A stretch of DNA of 62,243 nt, counting the filler, from Nemertoderma westbladi (Eukaryota; Animalia; Xenacoelomorpha), in the NCBI GenBank assembly GCA_032718475.1. It is 3 parts of 3 records of this genome, joined end to end, with 100 filler letters (N's around TTAATTAATTAA, not from the genome) between each part and the next. Parts side by side here need not be neighbours in the genome. Positions count along the whole stretch, not along the records: positions 29,306 to 53,874 come from JAUCBJ010004546.1; 2 more parts are not named here. One strand, 5' to 3'. Positions 33,731 through 45,468 of the stretch are shown piece after piece. The notes beneath the pieces are model-generated. The model saw only the letters and a program-made list of their open reading frames with translations. It was not told where the DNA came from and did no database searches. How positions within the stretch are numbered: the first letter of the stretch is position 1; every line of letters begins with the position of its first letter. The translations under genes and the position numbers were made by a program.

Positions 33731-34091
33731 TTATTTCATTATTTTATAACTCGATGCAATCTATTTACTTATTTATTTTACTTTTATCAGGTCACATTTT
33801 AGCGAGCAATTTTAACATAATTTTAGTAATCGCATTAATTCCAATATGTTTGGTTAATATAATTAAATTCGAAAGTATTGATGTATTTCTCAAGTAGAGT
33901 TCAGAATAACAAAGAATTACACTGCTAGAATGTAGTAAATGCATTAAACACATTAAATAAAAAATCAATCCTAAGATAAGATAATTATTGACAATTACAT
34001 ACTGTATTTACACGAATTACAAACCTACCTCTACCCCCCCCCCCCCCCCTCCCTCCCCCCCCCCCCCCCTGCAGTTACAATAGAAACTCAC

Positions 34092-35428
34092 GATGTGTTA
34101 TTGAGTGGATCCAACTCGTACCCGTCCATACAGAGACACTTAACGGACCCGGGTAGATTCACGCAGCCGTGCTCGCTGCATATCCCGGGCACCTCGCTAC
34201 ACTCGTCCACATCGGTGCACCTGAGTCCGTCCATCCCCAGTCGGTAGCCGTCGTTACAGACGCACCTCCACTCGGGGGGTCCCGTCTCGTTCCCGACCGC
34301 CACGCACCGGTGCTCGCACCCCCCGTTCCCCACCCCGCACCCCTCCACCCTCACGCAGCCGACCTCGTCCTCCCCTCCCTCGCACTGCGGTCTCCCGTCG
34401 CACCAGTCCGAGTCGGCGACGCACCCCGATCCCGGCCCGTCGCAGGCCCGCGTCCCGGACGGACACGGACCCTTCGGACACCCGGTCTCGTCGCTCCCGT
34501 CCCCGCAGTCCGACTTCCCGTCGCAACGCGCGACTCCGCCAACACACTGCCCCGACGCGCACTCCCATTGGTTGGCGCCGCACGGCGCGCGAACCGGGCA
34601 CAACCGCTCGTCACTCCCGTCGTCACAATCCTCCTCTCCGTCGCACCAGAACTCCTCGCGAACGCACAGCCTTCCGTCGTCGCAGACGCGTTTACCGACT
34701 CCGCATTCCGCGTCCGACTTCCGACATTCCGACTCGTCCGAGAGGTCGTGGCAATCCACCTTGCCGTCGCATCGTTGTCGAAGAAAGACGCATTGCATCC
34801 CGTCGACGCAGGCGAACTCGTCACGGAGACATCGGACCGCCGGGCAGTCTCTCTCGTCGCTCCCGTCGGGGCACTCCTCCTGCCCGTCGCAGACCCAATT
34901 CGATTGGATGCACTTCCCAGAAGGGTCGCGGCATTTAAACTCGCCGGGACGACAGGCGCGCTCGCTGCAGGACGACTCGTCCAGCGCGTCGTCGCATTCC
35001 GGAGTGCCGTCGCAGACCCATTGCCCCGGGATGCATTGCCTCCCCGCGCCGCACGAGAACATCCCCGCGGGGCAGTTGCCCAGCTGCACGGCGGCGCACA
35101 TCACCGGGTCCTCGTCGCTGCTATCCGCGCAGTTTTCAGTCGCGTCGCACAGGGAATCGTACCGAACGCAGTCCCCGTTCGCGCAAGTAAACTCAGTGAC
35201 CAGACAGTCCATCTGGTCGCAGTTCTCTTCGTCAGAAGCCCGCCCGTTAGGGTCGTCACACTCCTTAACGCCATCGCATCGCCATGCCAACGGGATACAC
35301 TTGCCAGTAGAGCACTGAAAGAAGCTATCACCACAGAGAATCGGCTCTAAGACTATTTGGTTGGTTGGAATAAGTAAGCAGCAAACAACAACAATAAAAG
35401 AAAACGAAAACATTGCACTGGTATTCAT
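34092..35428 (-). CDS. VLDLR: VLDLR/lipophorin-receptor-like, coding exon 1: signal peptide, 8 LDLa repeats, EGF-A/B (joined protein 912 aa)
   Basis: [19 protein letters not shown] signal; eight LDLa repeats; GTGAGT donor in phase 2. Co-ortholog of LDLR/VLDLR/LRP8, so the symbol is approximate. Confidence 0.92.
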
Positions 35429-36999
35429 TTGCCGACTAGGTAAGCCTACGTACCGGTAGAGCATAGAGGTACAGAAATTGCCCAAAACATGAATGAAATT
35501 ACGATCGCTACCTAGGCCTACATGCTACCGTAGATGCTACAAACTGCTCGGCACTTGTCAAGCAAAAGGGTCCTACTGTCCTAACTCCCAAAATGAGATT
35601 TTTTGTAATGCAAAATTTATACTTGGAAATACATTATAAATTGATTCTAGCATGTAGTTAAAGATTTAGCATGTAAAGCAAAAGCACCTTCAGCGACAGC
35701 TTCATTGACATAAAAGAAACTATTTACACGAATAGGGCCTCAGGGCCTAGGCCTCTACCAGCCTACCGGTAGTTACTTTGTGTTTAGGAATTAGGATACG
35801 GTATCGCCAAATAACATCGTCATTATTATTATTATTCCGTGTTCCTTTCACTTCGGTCAAAGTGTGTTCACAAATAGAACAGTTCAGCAGTTTGGTGGGG
35901 TTTTTCTTAGAATGTTGGCACTTTGAAAGTATAATAATATCTCACCTTGTTGAAATCACTAGCTAGTGAAACGACTGTCAGACTGCAAATACTGAAATAT
36001 ATCCATTTTAACAGAAACGTCAAGAGAGGTTTAATGTTCTACGGTTCTACCGTCCTTTACTAAGAATAAATGTTCCAGAATAAATTCTGAAATTTCATGG
36101 ATTAGGCCTACTGGCCTAGGCCTATTCATTTCAAAATTTGCATTATGAAAAATCTCATTTTGGGACCCTTTTGATTGAAAAGTGCCAACTGCCAACTGCG
36201 CTCTACAGCTCTAGGGCTGTAGGGGTAGGCCTATCGCTATATCAAGACTTGAAAATCACGGCACTTGTGTCAAATAGCGGAATAGGGGACCCTCATAATC
36301 TGCTAATCCTTAAATCACCTAAACTGAAGCCACCAGTCTGCCTGCCAGTGCCCGGTTAGTAAAGGAGCAGGTTACAGAGGCAAATTGAAAGGAACCAAAA
36401 CAATAAACGAGAGTTAGGAATATTGTTAGGCCTATCATATCACGATCACCTGCTAAATTTCAGGATTAGCAGGTGATTAGCTGATTAGTACAGTAGGTCT
36501 GTAGGTACCGGTAGTAGGATTAGCAGATTATTAGGCTGTTAGGGGGGTCCCCTATTTCAATGTATTTGACACAATTCTGCAATTATTGCCAAAATCACAA
36601 ATTTCACGTACCGCGTCCGCGTACCGGTAGGCCTAGTAAAAAACGCAAAGAACATAGCAGCGGTACCGGTACGGTAAGTGGATTACGTTACACAAATACG
36701 CCTAATATGTAATACATTAATAGCTGAATAGCCCAAATAAGTTAGGCCTATACGGCATACCAGCATACGTTAGGTACCGGACACGGTACTGTAACGAAAA
36801 ATTAGAGGGCGCCGCCTCAGTACAGCTACAGCAGTAAAGTTGTACAGCAATGTACAGATGTAAGCTACAATACATTGAATAAGTTAGATAATAATAGCTA
36901 CCTAGTATTATCAACATTCACCCTTAACCAACGGCATTGAATGATTCAGATCGTACGATATCCCCATGCCACTAACCATTACCGGAATATGGCCTGATC

Positions 37000-37215
37000 C
37001 CCTCAGCCAATAGGAACCCATGTTTCCATTAACACGTTGCCTAGTGTGGGAGGGAGGCTTGCTCCGTTTGCGCCCTCTATTGGTTAATAACTGGTACATC
37101 AGAGCTAGTGATAAATGTTTCCAGGCGACTTATATGTCGCACTAAGCTCTATTGGCTGATGCAACTCTGGCGTCATTGAATATTCCATGCCTGCATGCTT
37201 ACAATATTGGCTATG
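37000..37215 (-). promoter_or_regulatory. CCAAT-box cluster, candidate receptor promoter
   Basis: Four CCAAT/ATTGG motifs in ~210 bp upstream of a probable 5'UTR exon (donor at 35945). Confidence 0.35.
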
Positions 37216-37659
37216 GGGGGTGGTGTTTTCGTAGAACTAACACAAGACTAAGATACTAATCCATAATCACTACTTAGGCTAACTGTACTAGTACACTACT
37301 ACGCCCTAATATTTTCTGTTGTATTCCCAGCCCTGTCTCTAACACTAACAAATGGGCCGTTTCAATTTCAAACATTAATTTCAATTAACCTTTATTGTGA
37401 ATGAAATAATGTTTGTTAGCCAAATGGCAAATTAATGAATTGTAAGATTTAATGGGTACTAAGTATTAACGCTATATGTTACCGCTCAGGATGCCAGGAT
37501 GTTCCTTTGATTGTGATGTGAATTTTTGTTACCCAAATCACTATAGCAAATATGAGAATTACAAGACGTTATGTGTCTGGGGACAGGGTGTGGACGGTTA
37601 ACTTTTGAAGCAATTAATAATCGGCGGGCGAATTAATAATGTTAAATATGAATTAAATA

Positions 37660-38521
37660 AGTAAAGGTTCAGGTTACATTTTGATAACCAAAACAATAAA
37701 CGAGAGTCAATATCACAGCAGGCAGGTTACAGTTTAATTTTCATTTGTAATTCCGTAATAGTATTTGCGTTGATTTTCCCCTGGAAAGAGTTCAAACTTG
37801 ATTCCATACGTCATTTCATGTCTCCCCTCTCTCTATTTCCCCTGTGATGTAAAATGGGTGTGTTTGATTATATTAACTTGGCTTACGACATACGACACTA
37901 TGGAGGCGGGGGGCGTGAGTTTGGCTTGCTTTGCTAAGCAGTTTGTTTGTTTGCGTACGTCAGCAATAATTTAATGATAAGTTGTCAGGACTGAGCTAGC
38001 AGGTGTAATATACAGTACCTTGAGGTAACAACCAACCACGTGATTTAAGGAACTCCAGTACTATTAGTGGACGCCATAACGCCAAAGTAACTTCTTGTTC
38101 CCACCTTAGAATTTACCAATGGCTGGCATTTTACATTTGTTTATATCACTTTAACAAGGATAACGTCAAAGGTTCCACAGTTGTGGAATCTTTGAGCTTT
38201 GACTATGTGGAACCTTTGGGTACGGATGCAGGCAGACACTTGCCCAATAGGACATTTCCCCAATAGGTCACTTGGCGAATACCGGTACTCAACTTACAGA
38301 ATAAGTCACTTGCCCAATAATTTTTGAGACCATAATTTCCATTTAGGCCCTACTATTCTGCCTTTTGCTAGGCCTACTGCATCACGTAATCAGATAGTGG
38401 CGCACATTGAGCGAAAGTGAAAATAGTGATCCTCAGCGCATATTGACAGCAAGTGAAATAATTTATAGTTTAATGTTTTGATTAGAAAACACCGCCCCGC
38501 CACTGTAACCTGCTCCTTTCC
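37660..38521. mobile_element. Degenerate TIR element (GGAAAGGAGCAGGTTACAG family, Harbinger-like)
   Basis: Same terminal motif at 19722-19742, 36361-36380 and 38502-38521. Confidence 0.5.
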
Positions 38522-40353
38522 ATTACTGTTCTTAATTAAATAAAGCTAAATCTCAAAATATTGCGCCCATGTGAAGAATACCAGGATTTCACTTTTTAGT
38601 CGACTTTTTATTGGAATTTTATATATGAAGATTTGTAATTTTTTCAAATTTATCTTTATTAAGTGTTTTACAGCGCTTATTTCTGTCTTATAACCTGTAC
38701 ATATACTAATTCGTTTATTGTTTTGGTTAGATTCAGCCCTTCTGTAACCTGTATTTTTGGTGAAAACCTGGTATTCTTCACATGTGGGTAACTGCAAGAT
38801 GAAATATAACGGCAGAAAGTCTGGTATTCTTCACATGGGCCATATATTGGGCAAGTGTCCTATTCGAAAACTGGCCTATTGGGAAAGTGACCATACTAGA
38901 TCTATTTATTGTGGAAGTCACTCATAGGGAAAGTGTCTTAGGTAAATATTATTGGGCAAGTTGTCTCACTGTGGAAATGCCCCTATTGGTCCTGACAGTT
39001 AAGTTAACCTTTATGGGTAAGCTACTGTACTGTATATTAACAGTGCAATACCCGACAACTTTCATTCTAACTAAACTTCTGTACTATTTCCACCTTTCAT
39101 TTCTAAAATGTCTAGTTCCAAACTATAAACAAAATAATAACTATGCTGTAATTAATATACGTCATTTGGCAAAGAATATCACTTTATAGCTTTGCGCACC
39201 AGTGATGTCAATTCCCGAGCGACAATGAGGGAAATAACAAAATGAGGACCTTAAAAGCTTCAAATTGCTTATCATGAACAATGGCGAATCTAATTTTATT
39301 GTTAGATTGACCTTTTTCTGGCTCGAATATACCCCAACATCGGGATAAATATAATTAGTTTTTTCCATATGGGAAAAAGAAACCCAAAGGATTGCATTGA
39401 TTTTTCCCGAGATGAAAAAAATATAAAATAATAAAATTTGTAAATGTTTTGGTGGGATTTCTTAAATTTTATTACGTGTTGAATGAAAGAGCATTGAATT
39501 ATAAAAAGTTTGCTGGTTGGTACAGTAGTAGTGGGGTCGCTTAAGGTGAAAATCGTTTAATTGCCGGACAAAAAGCATGAAAATGTCACTATATATGTAA
39601 AAAAATGTGTAGATTACTATGAACCAAAAGTACCAAAAGAATGTGTACCAAAAGAATTTACTACTTCCCTAGCAACAGGGTGACTTTTTCATAGCAACCG
39701 GGTAAAATTGGTCGTATCTGTTATTGAAACTCGTTACAAAGAAAAATTCCTATTATATAACTTGGTTAGTTTAAAAATATAAGTCGGATTACACGTTTCC
39801 ATAGCAACAAGGTGACCTTTCCCTATCAACCGCTGTATATTCAATGGAATTATGATTGAAACTTGGGATAAACAACATGTATATCAATAGAATATTGTTT
39901 GTAATGACACTGCTATGATGGTGATACACGTTTCCATAGCAACAAGGTGACCTTTCCCTAGCAACCGCTATATGTTTAATGAAATTATGATTGAAACTTG
40001 GTACAGTATAATCAACCTGTCTAGCAATATAAGATGGTTAGTAGTGACATAGCAACTGCCTGAACTTTAGTGTAATTAAGATTGAAACTGGAGATAAACA
40101 CCATGTGTGTGTAGAAATATGGTTAGTAGTTATATTGGAGCTGATACCATAGTAATGCTTTCCATAGTAACAAAAGGTGATATCCATTATTGCACTTTTG
40201 GCTTTATGAGATTAATGTGTTTATACATCAAATACACAGCCCACAAGATTGTAAATTAAAATTATTTAGTATTTATACTTATACCAATTCTTTTAATTAT
40301 ACGAATCATATGTGATTGATATACAGTAAGGCTACGTCTAAGTCCCTCTAACA

Positions 40354-40499
40354 ATCTATAAAAAGTACTTCGAACAATTTTTACTATTTCGCTTGTAAGG
40401 TGCATATTTTTTAAGGTTTTAGATCAGTCATACTCATATGGCCTATATGAGTATGACTGATCTAAAACCTAAAAATTGTTCGAAGTACTTTTTATAGAT
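40354..40499. repeat. Near-perfect palindrome (26-bp inner + 29-bp outer stem)
   Basis: AGGTTTTAGATCAGTCATACTCATAT-ggcct-ATATGAGTATGACTGATCTAAAACCT. Confidence 0.9.
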
Positions 40500-40900
40500 A
40501 TATATATTAAATATACCCATAAAGGCACTCAAAGGTGGTCACAGGTATAAGATCAATAACAAGAGTAAGTGCATACTGTGCATTTAAACCCAGCCTTCCC
40601 ACACTTGCAGTTTGTGCAATTGTGCTTTTTGGATGCCATTTAATGAGTTCGGGGCACATCGTTGCAGCTTCTGGCTTTGAACTCCAGACGGGATTCCATT
40701 GAGTATTAAATACCCAACCGAAATCAGTTGGTGAAGGGAGTATCGGTTTGTCCTGTGGCTCCACTTTCAATGATAATTGCACTAAATTTCAGGTAGTTGC
40801 TACTGTAGATATAGGTCACCGTGTTGCTATGGAAACGTGTAATGTTACTACAAACCATTTCTATTGTTAGACAGGTTGTTTATCCCAAGTTTCAATCATA

Positions 40901-41584
40901 CAGTACAGGCCACCAGAAAAAGCAGATTTCACCCAATGTGATCACATGTGAACACATTTGTTCAAGTCATCTGATTGGCAGGTTATGGCGAGTTATCTAG
41001 CTAACTTGCTGGGACCGACAAAGGCTTAGTGTGCGGTGCGCCTGTATGTCTGATATCAGGTAGATGAGAGAGTCCCCAGGGCGTAACATTGTGGACATGG
41101 GCTGTATTGTCTACCAATACGGAGAACTACATACAAGACCACATGGAGGTTCATGGAGTGGATGGGTATATGGATGGACGAGCCTAGACCATTGAATAAT
41201 TAATTTAGTGCAGGGAGATGTCGCGCCATTAGTCTGACACCGAGAGGGCACAGAGATACACCAGAAGATGCCTTAACATCACTAACTATAGGTCTGCCTA
41301 CTAGACACTATTAACCGCACACTATAAAGGTAAACAAAATCCTTATCGCATTTCCAGCTGCAGTGAGTGACAGTTCTCGGCAAACTACAGAGAGTTTCCA
41401 GATTACTAAGCGTTTCAAAAGTATTCAATTGTATCCTTTGGCGAAAAAATTTTGGTTGTTGCCAATTCAATTATGTTCAATTATGTTCAATTGTCCCGTT
41501 CAACAACATTACATTACACTGGTACACATTTGATAAAATGTGTTCACAATTGTACAAATCTGCGTTTTCTGGTGGCCTGTACTG
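40901..41584. mobile_element. Tc1/pogo-type MITE nested in the Academ right arm
   Basis: TIR CAGTACAGGCCACCAGAAAA/TTTTCTGGTGGCCTGTACTG, TA TSD; flanks rejoin to match the left arm. Confidence 0.85.
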
Positions 41585-42083
41585 TAATTACAATAAATAT
41601 ACAGCGGTTGCTAGGGAAAGGTCACCTTGTTGCTATGGAAACGTGTACCGGACTTCTAATTTTAAACCAACCCAGTCATATAAACGTAATTTTTCTATAT
41701 GGCGAGTTTTAATAACAGATACGACCAAAAGTATCCGTTTGCTATGAAAAAGTCATCCTGTTGCTATGGAAGTAGTCAATTCTTTTGGTATACAGGTTGA
41801 GATTAATATACATATTTTTTCACATATATAGTCACATTTTCATGCTTTTGTCCGGCAATTAACGGTTTTGCTATCTTTTAGCCTTAAGCGACCCTGCTAT
41901 AGGCCCTAATTGTAATTAATTATTAGTAATTATGCATATTTAAATTCTCTAGAACAAACTTGTAACAGGAAAACATGACATGTTAATTAATTATAAACAC
42001 TGATGCCAAAGTAGCGTAGTGGCCCAAACACATTGGGGATTAATTTAACATTTAAAAATTAAATTCCAATTAAAACAGTTAAA

Positions 42084-42650
42084 TGTGGGGCGAGCGACGA
42101 AAGTAAGCGAGCTTAGCATACAGGTATGTACCACTAACTCAATCGGTGTGTCTGTTGTGGGGCGAGCCACGAAGTGAGTGAGCCTTTTAGCGTAGGGGTA
42201 CCATTAATCAACCTGTGGGGCGAGCCACGAAGTGAGTGAGGAGCCTTAGCGTAGTGTTACCATTAATCAACCTGTCGTTCTGTCGCTTTTTTTGCAGTGT
42301 TCAATTTTAAACGTTAATAACTCGGCCAATCTTCGATGAAATCTATCCAAACTTGGTACACATGTTGTTTGGCAAAAGTTTAGAAATTTTCCAAGTTGAA
42401 TTTCCGTGTGGCCTTCGAGAAGCTAAGATAATAGCAATTAATTAGTTAATTAAGGTGATTACGGTAAAAACTGCATTTTCAACCTGCCTGTTAAAGAAAA
42501 TTAATTATTTTACAGTATAAGATTTAAATAATTATACTTAAAAATTATACAGATGTAATCCACATACCCCATTCTATTATAGTGTTTAATTAGTTCAAAG
42601 TGATTTGCTTTAATAAATGTGTCTTTAATTGATCTAAACGTAATTAAAGC
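42084..42650 (+). mobile_element. Helentron/DINE-like repeat with triplicated 5' end
   Basis: Homologous to 13613-14630; TGTGGGGCGAGC occurs three times. Confidence 0.6.
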
Positions 42651-43165
42651 GGTACAATTATTGAATACAAATTTAATCCTGCCCATTATTGGTCAACATA
42701 GTCTCTGCGGGGGTGTAGAGCTGCTAGCTGGCTGGGAGATGTTGGTGTAGCCTTACCAGAGGGGAATTGTACTGTAATAGGCAGCCAGTAGTATTGCTAT
42801 AGCAACCCAGACATAACTCCAACCATACACTGCCTGTATTTCAATTCCTATTGACTCTATACTATAAATGTTGTATTACTGTACTTACTATCTCAGGTGA
42901 CAGAAAATATATTGACTGTTGTAGGCTTATATCTGAAATAGTTTATTCCGCAATATATTTGTCTGGTTTTTTTTAATTTAATTATTGCAAAGTAGTAAAA
43001 TTAATGTTCTTAATAATAATATTATTATTTTATATGTAACCTAGGAAATTATCTACATTTTTTCGCTGCAGCTTTAAGAGTGTACATTGATTTGATATTA
43101 TTTCAATACCCATATTACTACATCGGCATACGATGCGTTGGCGTTGTATCACACATCTCCACATA

Positions 43166-44297
43166 GGAAGCAGGACAATTCGGTCCGGACAATTCGGTCC
43201 CGGACAATTCGGTCCCGGACAATTCGGTCCCATTAATTTTATGTTTTGGGACCGAATTGTCCGGGACCGAATTGTCCGGGACCGAATTGTCCGGATACTG
43301 ACTAGGACAATTCGGTCCCAAAACATGCATATTAATGGGACCGAATTGTCCGGGACCGAATTGACCGGGACCGAATTGTCCGGGACCGAATTGTCCGGGA
43401 CCGAATTGTCCGGGACCGAATTGTCCGGGACCAAATTTAATTGGTACTGTACTATATAATGGTGAATGTTCTAGAACCTTAATATATATTATTATATGGT
43501 AGCTAGTGTTTTTTTTTGCTAGCTAGTATTTTTTTTTAAATAAAAAAAATTTACTTTTTTTTGTTAACATTATTATTTATGGTAGCTATGGTGTTTTTAT
43601 GGAGCTTGTTAATTATTTACTAGCTAGTAATAGTATGTATTTAAAATGTTTAAAGCTGATTTTTTTAATATATTGCGTAAGTATACTGTATGTGTTGTTG
43701 GCTGGTTAACAAGCCTAAATTATTATCCTAGATAATAGCTGGATCTCATTCAGGGACTGTTATAATATCATCAATATTGTTGGTAATTAATATAATCAGC
43801 AACAGTTTAGGCCTAATTCTGAAATATCATTGTTTTCACAGGTATTTTTATAATTTCAAGGAAATGCTAGCTAGTAAAAAAAAACACTAGCTACACCTTA
43901 ATAAATAATATATAATAATGTTCTCGAACACTACCAATAACAAAAATAAAAAAAATACAGTATTTTCCCCTTTTAAAATTTCAAAAAATTCTAGCAAGTA
44001 AATAACACTAGCTACCATAACAAATATCTCTACTAATGTTCTAGAATATTCACCAATATCACAAAAAGCACTAAAAAGTTGCTATCAGGAACCGGACAAT
44101 TTGGTCCCGGACAATTCGGTCCCGGACAATTCGGTCCTAGGACAATTCGGTCCTAGGACAATTCGGTCCCGGACAATTCGGTCCCGGACAATTCGGTCCC
44201 ATTTATTTAGTGTTTTGGGACCGAATTGTCCGGGACCGAATTGTCCGGAACGAATTGTCCGGGACCGAATTGTCCGGGACCGAATTGTCCTACATCC
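43166..44297. mobile_element. MULE/foldback-type element with 16-bp terminal arrays
   Basis: GGACAATTCGGTCCCG arrays in both orientations at both ends; 8-10 bp TSD (C)TCCACATA(G). Confidence 0.88.
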
Positions 44298-44359
44298 TCC
44301 ACATAGATGTATCAGCAGTTACTCGCACAGTTTCGAAACTTCGCATAGTTATAACTGTA

Positions 44360-44670
44360 TAAAAATCGTCAGTCTTGGTTTAGGAAAAATATTTTAATGC
44401 AAAACAGGACGAGCGACGAGCGCAACGAGGCATATAATGAAGACGAGTACTGTGTAGACTATATTCCTATTAACCATACCTGGCTTCGCCTATTGAATGC
44501 ATCAGTAGTTATAAAGATCGTCCGTCAGTCTGTGTTTAGGAAATATGTTTAAATACAAAACAGGACGAGCACAACGACGTTTATAATAATGAAGACGAGT
44601 ACTGCCTACTGCGTTGATTATATTCCTATAACCCATACTTGGCTTCGCCTATTGAAGGCATCGGTAGATA
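44360..44670. repeat. ~150-bp diverged tandem duplication
   Basis: AAAACAGGACGAGC...GAAGACGAGTACTG...TGGCTTCGCCTATTGAA occurs twice. Confidence 0.75.
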
Positions 44671-44799
44671 TATAAAGTACTGGTGGGTGGGGGTACCATA
44701 TATTTCGTTTCATAGTCGGCCTCTAGTACTTGAGAACTGCTGAACCCCCTGCAAATTTGACAGACTACAGGTGTACCAAGTTTGGTTTAATTTCATCCG

Positions 44800-45360
44800 C
44801 AACAAATTATTTGCCCACCAAATTAGATACGTTTTGCACCAAATCGATTAGTTAAAAAAAATCACTTTTCCACGAAAATGTCCCACTTTCCACCAAATTA
44901 GCTCACTTCTACACCAAAACGTATTAATTAAATTTTCTGTTTGCCCCAATTCGTTAGTTTAAAAAAATCGATCACTTTCCACCAAAACGGCTCAATTTCC
45001 ACCAAAATAGCTCACTTCTACACCAAAACGTACATATCACTTGAATTTTCAAACGACATTCTGTTTACATACTCTGTGATATGCGGTATACAATTTGGTG
45101 GTAAAATGGTATTAGTTGGTGTAAAAGTGATATTATTTGGTGCAAATATAACTTATTTGGTGCATAACAAATACTGTATATTGGTGACAAAACATAAAAA
45201 TATCAAATAATTTGGTGTTTTCTGATATTATTTGGTGCACAATGATTTATTTGGTGGTGGGTATTTTTTTGGTGTGGGAAGTGATATAATTGGGTGAATA
45301 ATGTAACCACTTTGGTGCAAAAGTGACATGTTTTGGTTAATATGAGTAAATCGTAGCTAA
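44800..45360. mobile_element. Foldback element with CACCAAA/TTTGGTG arrays; right arm recurs at 48925-49200
   Basis: Inverted short-repeat arrays; 45100-45360 nearly identical to 48940-49200. Confidence 0.65.
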
Positions 45361-45468
45361 TACAATACAATACAATATTAATATCAATACAATTATCAAT
45401 ATTAATCTCAATACAATTATCAATATTAATCTCAATACAATATTAAGTATTATATACTGTACTACATA

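Larger units (their letters stand above)
39529..41899 (-). mobile_element. Internally deleted Academ DNA transposon
   Basis: TAG...CTA termini, several-hundred-bp TIRs, 3-bp TSD TAG; remnant LPSPTDFGW..W.PVW...PEAA..C.ELIK + CTNCKCGKAGFKCTVC (40560-40790). Confidence 0.8.

Noticed and set aside
31784-35350. Many overlapping alternative-frame and antisense ORFs
   Set aside because: Shadow ORFs of the very GC-rich receptor exons
35429-35485. Upstream non-ATG extension of the receptor ORF
   Set aside because: ATG at 35428 (or 35413) directly precedes a signal peptide, and an acceptor lies at 35437
43030-44397. PDNSV/GPNCP repeat ORFs
   Set aside because: Translations of 16-bp terminal arrays of a DNA transposon
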